Part shown: positions 50,193 to 59,476 of the stretch, one piece after another | Layout: each line of letters begins with the position of its first letter | How positions within the stretch are numbered: position 1 is the first letter of the stretch | Source: Candidatus Poribacteria bacterium | GTDB taxonomy: Bacteria > Poribacteria > WGA-4E > PCPOR2b | Reading direction: 5' to 3' | NCBI GenBank assembly: GCA_965208325.1 | Contig: OZ242326.1 | Location: forward strand, 480,001 to 544,000 | Length of the DNA: 64,000 bases | Position numbers and translations under genes: made by a program | The notes under the pieces: generated by a model | Told to the model about the DNA's origin: nothing | Database searches by the model: none | What the model saw: only the letters and a program-made list of their open reading frames with translations

Positions 50193-50345
50193 CTCTATTA
50201 TCCTCGTGCGGTCAAATTGCCCCGATGCGCTGTTTTGGAATAAGGTAATAGGCATAACCCCACGCCGTAACCTCTTAGGGCGCACTGGGAGTGCCTGCTA
50301 ATTTGCGTTGAGCGTCCAGCTGCGTTAGTCCTAGAATCTTTGATA

Positions 50346-50374
50346 ATTTTACCGAAATCCCCTGTGAAAGTCAA
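50346..50374 (-). promoter_or_regulatory. Sigma70 promoter for mrp
   Basis: Minus strand TTGACT, 17 nt, TAAAAT. Confidence 0.65.
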
Positions 50375-50454
50375 GTCATACTAACACTACCCAGACACCT
50401 AATTCATTTCATGTGCAGCAATGGAAAGGGCTTGCGCGTAATTTGGTAATGATG

Positions 50455-52938
50455 TTACAAAACACTTATTGGGTCAATATCAACGATTACATCTACATCT
50501 TTCGTCGTGGCCGCAGGCTCAATTGCGCCAACGGCGCGTCTGGCGGTTTCGCGGAGGGTTTCAGCTTGTTCACACCGCAGCAGGAAATGCCAGCGGAACT
50601 TACCCATAATTTTTGAAAGCGGCGCGGCGACCGGACCACGAATTATAACGTCCGAGAATTCCTCTGTTTGTAACTTCTCTAAGCAGCTAAGTAGGCACGA
50701 TGCTACACGAATCACTTCCTTTTCAACTGGCCCGCGGATTAAAATGGTTGCCGCATGACTATAAGGTGGGTAAAGGAATTTCTCTCGATATCCGATTTCC
50801 TCTCGGTAAAAGCCGTGGTAGTCGTGTTCGCGTGATGCCTGAATACTGTAATGCTCGGGCATGTATGTTTGAATAATGACCTCGCCGCCTGCATGGCTGC
50901 GCCCGGATCGACCGGCGACCTGTGCTAGCAGATTGAACGCTCGCTCGCCAGCACGAAAGTCAGGCAGGTTGAGGGCGGTATCCGCGGAGATGACGCCAAC
51001 GAGTGTTACGTCGGGAAAATCTAAACCCTTGGCAATCATCTGTGTTCCGACTAGAATATCGATTTCGCCGGTTCTGAAGGCGCCTAAGATTTTACGGTGC
51101 GCATCTTTGTGCTTTGTCGAATCAGTGTCCATACGATTGACACTCGCCTTTGGAAACGCCTTAATCGCCTGCTCCTCGACCTGTTGCGTGCCAAGTCCAA
51201 AATACCGAAAGTAAATACTGCCGCATTGCGGGCAAACTTCTGGCGTCGGTCTTTCGTAACCACAGTGATGGCATACCAACCGTTTGGTATGATAATGGAA
51301 CGTCAGCGCGATTGAACAGTGCTTACAACGTTCGACATGCCCGCAAGTTCTGCAAAAAACATGTGTCGAGTAACCGCGGCGGTTCAGGAACAATATCACC
51401 TGTTCCTGTTGCGTCAACCGTTTTTCAATTCCCCTCCGCAGTGCAACTGAAAATATTGAGCGGTTACCCTTTTCTAATTCTTCGCGCATGTCGACAATCT
51501 GGACGGTTGGCATTTTAATATTGGAGACACGCGAGGGAAGATTGAGCAAATGGTAATTATCCGCCTTTGCGCGATAGAAACTTTCCATTGAAGGAGTAGC
51601 AGTCCCCAATATTACAGGGCAATTTGCCAATTCCGATCTTTTAATGGCAACATCGCGAGCATGATACCGGGGCGAGGCGTCTGTCTGTTTGTACGACGTT
51701 TCGTGCTCTTCATCAACCACAATCAGACCGAGATTTGGCATTGGAGCAAAAACTGCCGACCGCGGGCCCACGACTATGTCCGCCTCCCCGGCTTTAATTC
51801 GCTGCCACTGATCATATCGTTCTCCGTCTGATAGGTCGCTGTGTAGCACCGCTACCCGTTGCCCAAATCGCCCGACAAACCTAGAAATTGTTTGTGGCGT
51901 CAAGGCGATTTCTGGAACTAGGACAATCGTGCCTTTTTTCCGATTCAGGGCGATTGCAATCGAGCGCATGTAAATTTCTGTTTTACCACTGCCAGTGACG
52001 CCATGCAGCAGAAAAGGCGTTCTACGATTTTGATTGATTGCAGTCTGGATTGCACCCAACGCTATCGCTTGATCGGTGTTGAGCGTAATGACTTGCGTTG
52101 AGGGCAGCGCTTGCAGGCTGAGCGGATTTCGTACAGCCTTAACCCTTGTAATTCCAATTAGTGCTTTTCGTTCAAGCGCTCGCAAGGTCGACAGGCTAGT
52201 ATTAGTATGTTTGATGAGCTCGGTTGCAGGCCAGCTCAAATCCTGCCAGTTGTGCCTTTGGGCAAGTATTAACTCCAATAGCTGAGCTTGTTTCGGCGCA
52301 CGCTTTATTAATGCAGGCATCTGAGTCTCGACCTCAGCGATCGGCTTGGTTAATTTAACGACAAGTGTCGTCCGCGGTTTAGATTTAGATTGGAAATCCG
52401 ATTTGAGTTCAATTAACCCTTTTTCCCGCAACTTGGAAATAACCGGGCTCAATTTTGCATATTCACGTCCAAGTCTGCGAGAAAGTTGGTTCGGAGACAA
52501 TCCCCCGTGCTGTCGTAAAATCGACAGGATTCGGCTCTGCAGCGGCATCCGCTTCTTCATCATTTCAATTTGTTCATCAGTCGCTAGCAGATGAATCACG
52601 CGGCGTTGCTGTGTCCTCACGGCAGCCGGAATTGCAATCTTCAATGCCTCTCCCCATGACGACATGTAGTATTTGGCTATCCATTTTGTCAACGCCAGCA
52701 GTTCTTCCGAAAACGTCGGTGAGTCATCAAGGCAGTCAACGAGGGGCTTGATTTCGATGGATGGATCGGGGAGAACCAGTTGGTCAATCAACTCGATTAC
52801 GACGCCTTCGCGAACGCTGCGCCCTAACGCGGCAAGCACGCGAGTTCCAGGCTGTACGACTCGAGAGAGATGATTTGGGATTGCGTAGGAGAAGCGGAGA
52901 TCTTCAGGCAACGGGAAAGCCACGTTAGCATATTTCAT
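50455..52938 (-). CDS. priA: Primosomal protein N' helicase
   Basis: GVTGSGKT, LVPEIALT, DEEH, ATPS, LNRRGY, four CxxC pairs, GTQMIAKG, QVAGRSGR. Confidence 0.98.
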   Translation of the reverse strand: MKYANVAFPLPEDLRFSYAIPNHLSRVVQPGTRVLAALGRSVREGVVIELIDQLVLPDPSIEIKPLVDCLDDSPTFSEELLALTKWIAKYYMSSWGEALKIAIPAAVRTQQRRVIHLLATDEQIEMMKKRMPLQSRILSILRQHGGLSPNQLSRRLGREYAKLSPVISKLREKGLIELKSDFQSKSKPRTTLVVKLTKPIAEVETQMPALIKRAPKQAQLLELILAQRHNWQDLSWPATELIKHTNTSLSTLRALERKALIGITRVKAVRNPLSLQALPSTQVITLNTDQAIALGAIQTAINQNRRTPFLLHGVTGSGKTEIYMRSIAIALNRKKGTIVLVPEIALTPQTISRFVGRFGQRVAVLHSDLSDGERYDQWQRIKAGEADIVVGPRSAVFAPMPNLGLIVVDEEHETSYKQTDASPRYHARDVAIKRSELANCPVILGTATPSMESFYRAKADNYHLLNLPSRVSNIKMPTVQIVDMREELEKGNRSIFSVALRRGIEKRLTQQEQVILFLNRRGYSTHVFCRTCGHVERCKHCSIALTFHYHTKRLVCHHCGYERPTPEVCPQCGSIYFRYFGLGTQQVEEQAIKAFPKASVNRMDTDSTKHKDAHRKILGAFRTGEIDILVGTQMIAKGLDFPDVTLVGVISADTALNLPDFRAGERAFNLLAQVAGRSGRSHAGGEVIIQTYMPEHYSIQASREHDYHGFYREEIGYREKFLYPPYSHAATILIRGPVEKEVIRVASCLLSCLEKLQTEEFSDVIIRGPVAAPLSKIMGKFRWHFLLRCEQAETLRETARRAVGAIEPAATTKDVDVIVDIDPISVL

Positions 52939-53371
52939 AATCGTGGAATGTTAAATTTACGGTTAAACGCGCAGGGAGTAGAACGTCGGTAATTGCTTCC
53001 AAACACCATGACGAACATCGGATGGGGTGGACAATAATTTTCGCTGTAACGCTAAAAACATTGGGGCTTTCACCAAAACTTTTTCGTCCTGCCGTTACAG
53101 CATTACACATGCACTCTACCATATTTCGAGGTGCGGTGCAACATCAAATTAAACCCACTGTGCATGAACGAAGGTATCACTTTGGGTGCCCAATCTGCTT
53201 TAGAATGCATTGCCAACGGTTACCACACCTGCCACCCGGCATTCGATTGACGGTCTGGACGTTTCATGCTAGAATACGTCACAATTCGGTTGAAATAGAA
53301 CCGATCATCATTGGACTAATTCTTAAGGGTAACCGAAATTAATTTCCTCACAATTGCATCAAATACATTAG

Positions 53372-55816
53372 ATGCGCCGCCCCGCTCTTAACACAGTCAT
53401 TCCATACTCATTAGGCATCCTTGCCGGCAAAACCCTGCCAATCCCTAAATTTTGGACTTGGCTGATAATCCTGACATTTCTCACCGCGGGTTTCATCCTA
53501 CATCAGCGGCGCAAGTGTGCCATTCGTTTTGAAAATTTAGATGACACACGTTTCCCGCAAGCCCTTCTTCTGTTGGCAATCTTTGCCTGCGGCATACTTC
53601 GTGTGGGGATCGTCCTGAACTCTCCCTGCCCTTCGGAACTATACAATCAACCGGTGCGGTTTTCGGGACACTTGTCATATCAGCCTTTCCGCGGTGAATT
53701 GTGGGACGCGGGTTATGGAATCGGTACTATCGAATCCATTTCCGAGCCGGGTTTAATGGTGGAGATGAAAGTCTTGGTTCGTTTTCATGAACCGGTAGCA
53801 TTGTGGTACGGCGACCACATTGAAATTGAAGGTGTGTTGCGCCAACCAAAAGGAAGACGAAATCCGGGAGGATTCGATTACCGCGCTCATCTGGCACGTC
53901 AGAAAGTCTTCGGGATTTTTTATCCAAACCGCGATCAAGAAATTTCGCCAACCCATCAATCCGGAATTCCGCCATTGCGTTGGGCTGAACGCTTGCGTCG
54001 TCGCGTGGAAATTACAATTGATCGGCTATATCACGAGCAACCCGATCACATTCAAATTCTCAAGGGAATGCTATTAGGGAAGCGAAGCGAACTGCCCTCC
54101 TCTACATATGATGTTTTTCGCAATAGTGGAAGCCTTCATATTCTCGCAGTGTCGGGGTTGCACGTTGGATTGATTACAACCCTTTGTTTTCTAGGTTTTT
54201 CTCTCATCCAACTTCCCCGCAAGACAGTTTGCCTTCTCACCATTGCCTCAGTTATACTCTACGCCTGCTTGGTAGGATTTCGCCCATCAGTGTTGAGAGC
54301 GTCATTTATGGCAATCCTATTCCTAATCGCGCAGATGATTGATCGAGACGCCGATCTTGGCAATTTGCTCGCGTTTGCTGCATTATTTCTATTACTGATT
54401 AATCCTGCCCAATTGTGGAATATAGGTTTCCAACTTTCATTCGCTGCCGTGGCATGCATCATTTATCTTTTGCCCAAGTGGACGGCTTTCATTTCCCGTC
54501 ATTCTACTGATGGAAGTAACCACGCGGCGCATTCTATCTCACAGCTTGAAATAGCATGGGGAAGCGGTTGGAAGCGATCCGTCAAATGGTTGGTTCTTGC
54601 GTTTGGGGTAACGTTATCAGCGCAAGTAGGTACATTCCTTATCATCGCACGTAATTTTTGCCGTGTATATCCACTCGGGTTGATTGCAGGACCTTTCGTC
54701 GTTGGGTTAGCCGCCCCAATCGTCACCATAGCCTCAATCTCAATTATTCTTGGGATGATTTGGCTTCCGCTTGCAACGCCGTTCGTTTATGCGAACCACC
54801 TCATTCTCTTCATTTTTCTGAATATTGTCGAATTCTTCGGTCAACCCTGGGCGGGTGTAAAAATATCACCGCCCGGGTTAGGCTGGATTAGTGTTTACAT
54901 TGCAGTATGCGTAGCCATAACACACTTGCGCAGCGTGAAGGAGCATGCAGGTAAAGCGCTGATAATTGCCGCTTCAGTGCTTGCTATCTGGGTTTGGGAT
55001 GCCGCTTTGAAGGAAGACGGAAACCTTTTTGAGATTACGTTTCTTGATGTCGGACAGGGCGATGCAGCATTTGTCCGATTCCCTGACGGCAAAACTGTCC
55101 TGATCGATGGTGGTGCCAATCGGCGCGGCTTTGATAATGGTGAACGCGTCCTCGATCCATTTCTGTGCCGCAAGGGTGCATTCAGCCTGCATCTGCTCGT
55201 TCTGAGCCATCCGGACAACGATCACGGCGGCGGACTCGCTCACATACTGCGCGCGTTCGATGTCAAGCGCGTGCTCGGCGTGCCGCATCGAGTACTGCCG
55301 CCGCTGACTCACCGCTATTTGCATCAAATTGCCGATCAAAAAGGCGTGCCGCATGAGTTCGGTAATGCAGGGAATATTCAACTGACCTCGACTGGTCAGG
55401 TTGACCTATTACATCCTCGGGATGAAGCGTCGGTAAATCTCATGGATTCGGATATCAACAACGATTCGCTTGTGCTTAAGATTACTTATGGGAATGTACG
55501 GACGCTTTTTACGGGTGACATAAAGCAAGAAATTGAGCTCGATATAATCGCTGATGGTTACGATGTAAGTGCGGATATTCTCAAGGCTCCGCACCACGGC
55601 AGTGAATCATCCAGCGGTTCCGAATTTCTCGAAGCCGTGCGTCCGCAGGCAGCCATTTTTTCGGTCGGCACCCGAAATCGGTACGGCTTTCCAGCTGAAA
55701 AAGTTGTCAAGCGCTATGAAGAATTGGGCTGCCTCGTGTTGCGTACAGATCGGCTCGGTGCAATCAGTATAAGAACCGATGGACGCCGTTGCTGGATTAG
55801 GCAATACGCAGAATGA
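53372..55816 (+). CDS. comEC: DNA internalization competence protein ComEC/Rec2
   Basis: RNPGGFDY, HILAVSGLHVG, PSVLRA, GFQLSF, FLDVGQGDA, SHPDNDH, KAPHHGS. Confidence 0.96.
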   Translation: MRRPALNTVIPYSLGILAGKTLPIPKFWTWLIILTFLTAGFILHQRRKCAIRFENLDDTRFPQALLLLAIFACGILRVGIVLNSPCPSELYNQPVRFSGHLSYQPFRGELWDAGYGIGTIESISEPGLMVEMKVLVRFHEPVALWYGDHIEIEGVLRQPKGRRNPGGFDYRAHLARQKVFGIFYPNRDQEISPTHQSGIPPLRWAERLRRRVEITIDRLYHEQPDHIQILKGMLLGKRSELPSSTYDVFRNSGSLHILAVSGLHVGLITTLCFLGFSLIQLPRKTVCLLTIASVILYACLVGFRPSVLRASFMAILFLIAQMIDRDADLGNLLAFAALFLLLINPAQLWNIGFQLSFAAVACIIYLLPKWTAFISRHSTDGSNHAAHSISQLEIAWGSGWKRSVKWLVLAFGVTLSAQVGTFLIIARNFCRVYPLGLIAGPFVVGLAAPIVTIASISIILGMIWLPLATPFVYANHLILFIFLNIVEFFGQPWAGVKISPPGLGWISVYIAVCVAITHLRSVKEHAGKALIIAASVLAIWVWDAALKEDGNLFEITFLDVGQGDAAFVRFPDGKTVLIDGGANRRGFDNGERVLDPFLCRKGAFSLHLLVLSHPDNDHGGGLAHILRAFDVKRVLGVPHRVLPPLTHRYLHQIADQKGVPHEFGNAGNIQLTSTGQVDLLHPRDEASVNLMDSDINNDSLVLKITYGNVRTLFTGDIKQEIELDIIADGYDVSADILKAPHHGSESSSGSEFLEAVRPQAAIFSVGTRNRYGFPAEKVVKRYEELGCLVLRTDRLGAISIRTDGRRCWIRQYAE

Positions 55817-56080
55817 TAGCCGTTTACAGCCATATGGATTTGCCTAGATTGCTCAACCATCCGATGGGATTCAACCGCCCAAAGTTTGATGGTAGTGTGC
55901 ACGATTGGTATTCCGCTTTTTCCTTTTGACATAAAAGCCCAGCAATGATAGACTCTATCGTGAGAATAGCTGAGAGAAAAAGCGTAGATTCCACTGATTA
56001 TCCACCAAACCCGATGACAATCTCTGGACAACGCTTTATACAACAACGGCCGTGGTTGACGATATCGGTAGAGAGTGAAC

Positions 56081-57646
56081 ATGAAAGTCGTTACCGCAAA
56101 CGAGATGCGTCAGATTGACCAACAGACGATTCACGGTATCGGGATTCCCGGTACCGTGCTCATGGAATATGCCGGCGGAGCGGTCGTCGCAGCAATTCAA
56201 AAGCACTTCTCAGAATGTCGGCGTGTCGCCGTTGTGGTAGGCAAGGGGAATAATGGCGGAGATGGATTGGTCGTTGCCAGAAAACTTTCGCTTGCGGGTC
56301 TGTCCGTTAAGGTTATTCTCGTTTCTCCACCCCATGAATTCACGGGCGATGCCTTAATCAATTTGCAGATTGCCCAGAATCTCAATCTCCCCATTGCGCA
56401 AGCGCTTTCTCCACCCGATCTCGAGCAGTTGCAACCCCAGATATCGGAACACGATTTAATTGTCGATGCAATTTTTGGTACGGGCCTGCGGGGAGCAGTT
56501 CGCGGTTTTGTTGCTAGCGTCATTGCGTGTATTAACGATAGCAGTGCTCCGATTGTCGCCATCGATCTTCCCTCTGGCTTACAAGCGGATACAGGTGCAA
56601 TAGAGGGCGCGTGCGTCAATGCTACCTATACCGTCACAATAGGGCTGCCCAAGCGTGGATTGCTAATTCATCCGGGCGCGGACACGACCGGAACACTGGA
56701 AATCGCCGATATCGGGTTCCCTCCTAAAGTCGTCGAGTCATTAATGGTTCGAGTGAATTGGACTAGGTTGGGCGATGCCTTTAAATTAATTCCGCCGCGC
56801 TGCCGCAATTCACACAAAGGGACGTATGGGCGTGTTTTTGTGGCGGCGGCGTCTGCCGGTATGACCGGTGCCGCAACGCTAACCAGCCAAGCGGCATACC
56901 GTGTCGGTGCTGGTTTGGTGACCGTCGGCATACCCAAAAGCCTCAACCCAATTTTAGAAGCTAAACTGACCGAGGTGATGACTCTGCCGTTGTGCGAGAC
57001 GAATGTGAAAACCTTGGCGCTAGATGCAGGTTCGCAAATTCTCGAATTTGTCGAAAAGACGGAATCTATTCTAGCAATTGGGCCTGGACTCTCACGACAT
57101 CCCGAAACGGTTTCACTCGTTCACAACCTAATTCGCAAAAGCGAACGTCCAATCGTCATTGACGCCGATGGGTTGAATGCTCTCGCAAAATCGACGAAGT
57201 TGCTCTCAAATTTGCCGCCCCAGACCGTGCTGACCCCGCATCCCGGTGAAATGGCACGGCTCATTGGCGGGACAGTCTCCGAAGTTGAAGGCGATCGAAT
57301 TGGCATTGCACAGCAGTTTGCGCAGGGACATGACATCACTCTTGTTCTCAAAGGAGCTCCGACGGTCATTGCAAGTGGAAGCGGCACTGTGTGGATTAAC
57401 TCCACCGGCAATTCTGGTATGGCGACCGGGGGTATGGGTGACGTACTGACTGGAGTAATTGCTGGATTAATGGCTCAGCAATCATCAAGTCTCAATGCTG
57501 CGATACTAGGTGTATACCTCCACGGACTAGCAGCGGACATCGCTGCCGAATCAATCGGAGTTCACGGATTGATGGCAGGAGATGTGTTGGACGCACTCCC
57601 TAATGCGATTCAAGAGTGCCTCGGTAGTAGATTGGGATTAACGTGA
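56081..57646 (+). CDS. nnr: Bifunctional NAD(P)H-hydrate epimerase/dehydratase
   Basis: LMEYAG, GKGNNGGDG, DAIFGTG, SHKGTYG, IDADGLN, LTPHPGE, ATGGMGDVL. Confidence 0.96.
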   Translation: MKVVTANEMRQIDQQTIHGIGIPGTVLMEYAGGAVVAAIQKHFSECRRVAVVVGKGNNGGDGLVVARKLSLAGLSVKVILVSPPHEFTGDALINLQIAQNLNLPIAQALSPPDLEQLQPQISEHDLIVDAIFGTGLRGAVRGFVASVIACINDSSAPIVAIDLPSGLQADTGAIEGACVNATYTVTIGLPKRGLLIHPGADTTGTLEIADIGFPPKVVESLMVRVNWTRLGDAFKLIPPRCRNSHKGTYGRVFVAAASAGMTGAATLTSQAAYRVGAGLVTVGIPKSLNPILEAKLTEVMTLPLCETNVKTLALDAGSQILEFVEKTESILAIGPGLSRHPETVSLVHNLIRKSERPIVIDADGLNALAKSTKLLSNLPPQTVLTPHPGEMARLIGGTVSEVEGDRIGIAQQFAQGHDITLVLKGAPTVIASGSGTVWINSTGNSGMATGGMGDVLTGVIAGLMAQQSSSLNAAILGVYLHGLAADIAAESIGVHGLMAGDVLDALPNAIQECLGSRLGLT

Positions 57647-57702
57647 AAGCACTCGTCCAACTTGCAGGCATTTCAATTACATCGGTTTATTGTTGGATAA
57701 AA

Positions 57703-57753
57703 TGAAACCCAAACACTCAGTTTGACGTGCTGTGTATAGAATATGGGGTTTCA
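57703..57753. repeat. Inverted repeat TGAAACCC...GGGTTTCA (REP-like)
   Basis: 8-bp perfect terminal inverted repeat in intergenic DNA. Confidence 0.35.
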
Positions 57754-57878
57754 GTCATATGTCGAATTTTCTTAGTAGAAAAATAACCTCTGAGTTTCCA
57801 TTGTAACGCTGGGCGTCTTTGGTTAGTTATGTCAACCCATCCTATGGAGTTTTTTAAACATAACATTAGGAGAATCAG

Positions 57879-58661
57879 ATGGATCTCAATTTAACAGGAA
57901 AAGTCGCTGTCATCACAGGCGGCAGTGAAGGTACGGGATACGCCGTGGCGATGCGGCTTTCTGAGTGCGGCGCAAAAGTTGCAATCTGTGCGCGGAGGGA
58001 AGCTGTCCTGAAGCAGGCAGCACAGGACATACAACATAAGACCGGGAACGATGCACTCGCCATTTCCGCCGATGTTACAATACCCGAAGCGTTGGAGGAA
58101 TTTGTTCGCCGAGTCATTGAACACTTCGGGCGAATCGATATTCTTATCAACAACGCCGGACGGGCGACGGGGGCACCCTTTGAGAAGGTTACCGATGAGG
58201 ATTGGTACGAAGATTTAAATCTTAAGTTGATGGCGGCTGTGCGTTGCTCGCGGCTGATTATCCCTCAAATGAGAGCCGCTGGCGGCGGCCGCATAATAAA
58301 CATTACACACCCCGGCGGAAAACAGCCCGGCGCCGGCACCTGTCCGACTTCGGTTAGCCGTGCGGCGGGAATCGCTTTGACTAAAGCCCTATCCAAGGAT
58401 TTACTGCCTGACAAAATTCTGGTCAATACGGTCTGTTTGACCTCCATCAAGACAGCGCAAGGTGTTCGCGGCTGGCGAGCACAAGGATCGCCGGGCACCC
58501 TTGAGGAATACTGGAGACAGCAGGGAAAAAACCATCCGCTTGGGCGTCTCGGAGAAGCCGCTGAAGTCGCGGATTTGGTTGCCTTCCTCGTATCGGATCG
58601 CGCGGAATTTATTACCGGAACGGCAATAAACATTGACGGCGGCCTATCAGCGGTAGTCTGA
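57879..58661 (+). CDS. SDR family oxidoreductase (atypical active-site motif)
   Basis: TGGSEGTG, NNAG, PLGRLG, IDGG; the canonical YxxxK appears as TSVSR. Confidence 0.9.
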   Translation: MDLNLTGKVAVITGGSEGTGYAVAMRLSECGAKVAICARREAVLKQAAQDIQHKTGNDALAISADVTIPEALEEFVRRVIEHFGRIDILINNAGRATGAPFEKVTDEDWYEDLNLKLMAAVRCSRLIIPQMRAAGGGRIINITHPGGKQPGAGTCPTSVSRAAGIALTKALSKDLLPDKILVNTVCLTSIKTAQGVRGWRAQGSPGTLEEYWRQQGKNHPLGRLGEAAEVADLVAFLVSDRAEFITGTAINIDGGLSAVV

Positions 58662-58871
58662 TAGCGGCTTGACCAACACCGCGCTGTTAAAAAGCATCAC
58701 AATGCTTTCAATGGAAGTGGATGCATTAATGTCGATACCGATGAATCGGCAATCCGAGTCAGGTCACTGTTACGCTGCAAACAGGATTTCCGATCGTTCG
58801 TCGAAAATTCCTGCAACGCGGGGACGTGAATAATACCATATGTAAACCTGTCTCTAGAAGGGGATGAGTAA

Positions 58872-59414
58872 ATGACTTTAGGGGAGGTTTTTGATTTATC
58901 TCAGGATATTGAATTAAGGCACGCGAAATTATATGCGTCACTCTCTCTTATGCTGGGCGATGTTGATGAACGGGTCGCACGATTTTGGCAAAATATGAGC
59001 GCCGAGGAGTGGCAACACTATATTCTCATCGATTTCGGGCGTTCATTGTGTGCCCGCGCGTTTGGACTAGATGCGCCGTCGACAGGATTGCCCGAAACAT
59101 CCATCCAACGAATCGTTCGGGCGTTAGATGAACACGAACGTCGAGTGAACGAAAAGCCAATTACCCTAAATGAAGCGTTTGAAATTGCCATCGCTATTGA
59201 AGGAAGCGAAGCGGACACAATTTATATGGATCTGCTGGACACGATAAAAAGAGCAATCTATAAGGGTAAGCAGACCTACCTCCTAAGCCGAGTCTCCCAA
59301 ATTGAAAAAGATGTGCAGGCTCACGTGGATCGTCTGATTGATGCAACCAAAAACTTCGCCAAAGATCCGGATCTCGTCCGGAGGGCACTCAGCTTGAAAG
59401 ATCACCATCATTGA
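58872..59414 (+). CDS. Ferritin-like/rubrerythrin-like four-helix protein
   Basis: DIELRHAKLY, AEEWQH, AIAIEG, QAHVDRL spaced as in the rubrerythrin diiron fold. Confidence 0.6.
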   Translation: MTLGEVFDLSQDIELRHAKLYASLSLMLGDVDERVARFWQNMSAEEWQHYILIDFGRSLCARAFGLDAPSTGLPETSIQRIVRALDEHERRVNEKPITLNEAFEIAIAIEGSEADTIYMDLLDTIKRAIYKGKQTYLLSRVSQIEKDVQAHVDRLIDATKNFAKDPDLVRRALSLKDHHH

Positions 59415-59476
59415 ATGCTTACGGAAGCAAGGTGACGACTTAGTATCGCCAATACGGCAGTCATGAGTGCAATGAC

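Noticed and set aside
52939..53371. ORF 53022-53342 between priA and comEC (also 55714-56082)
   Set aside because: No RBS, no motifs and atypical composition; treated as intergenic.
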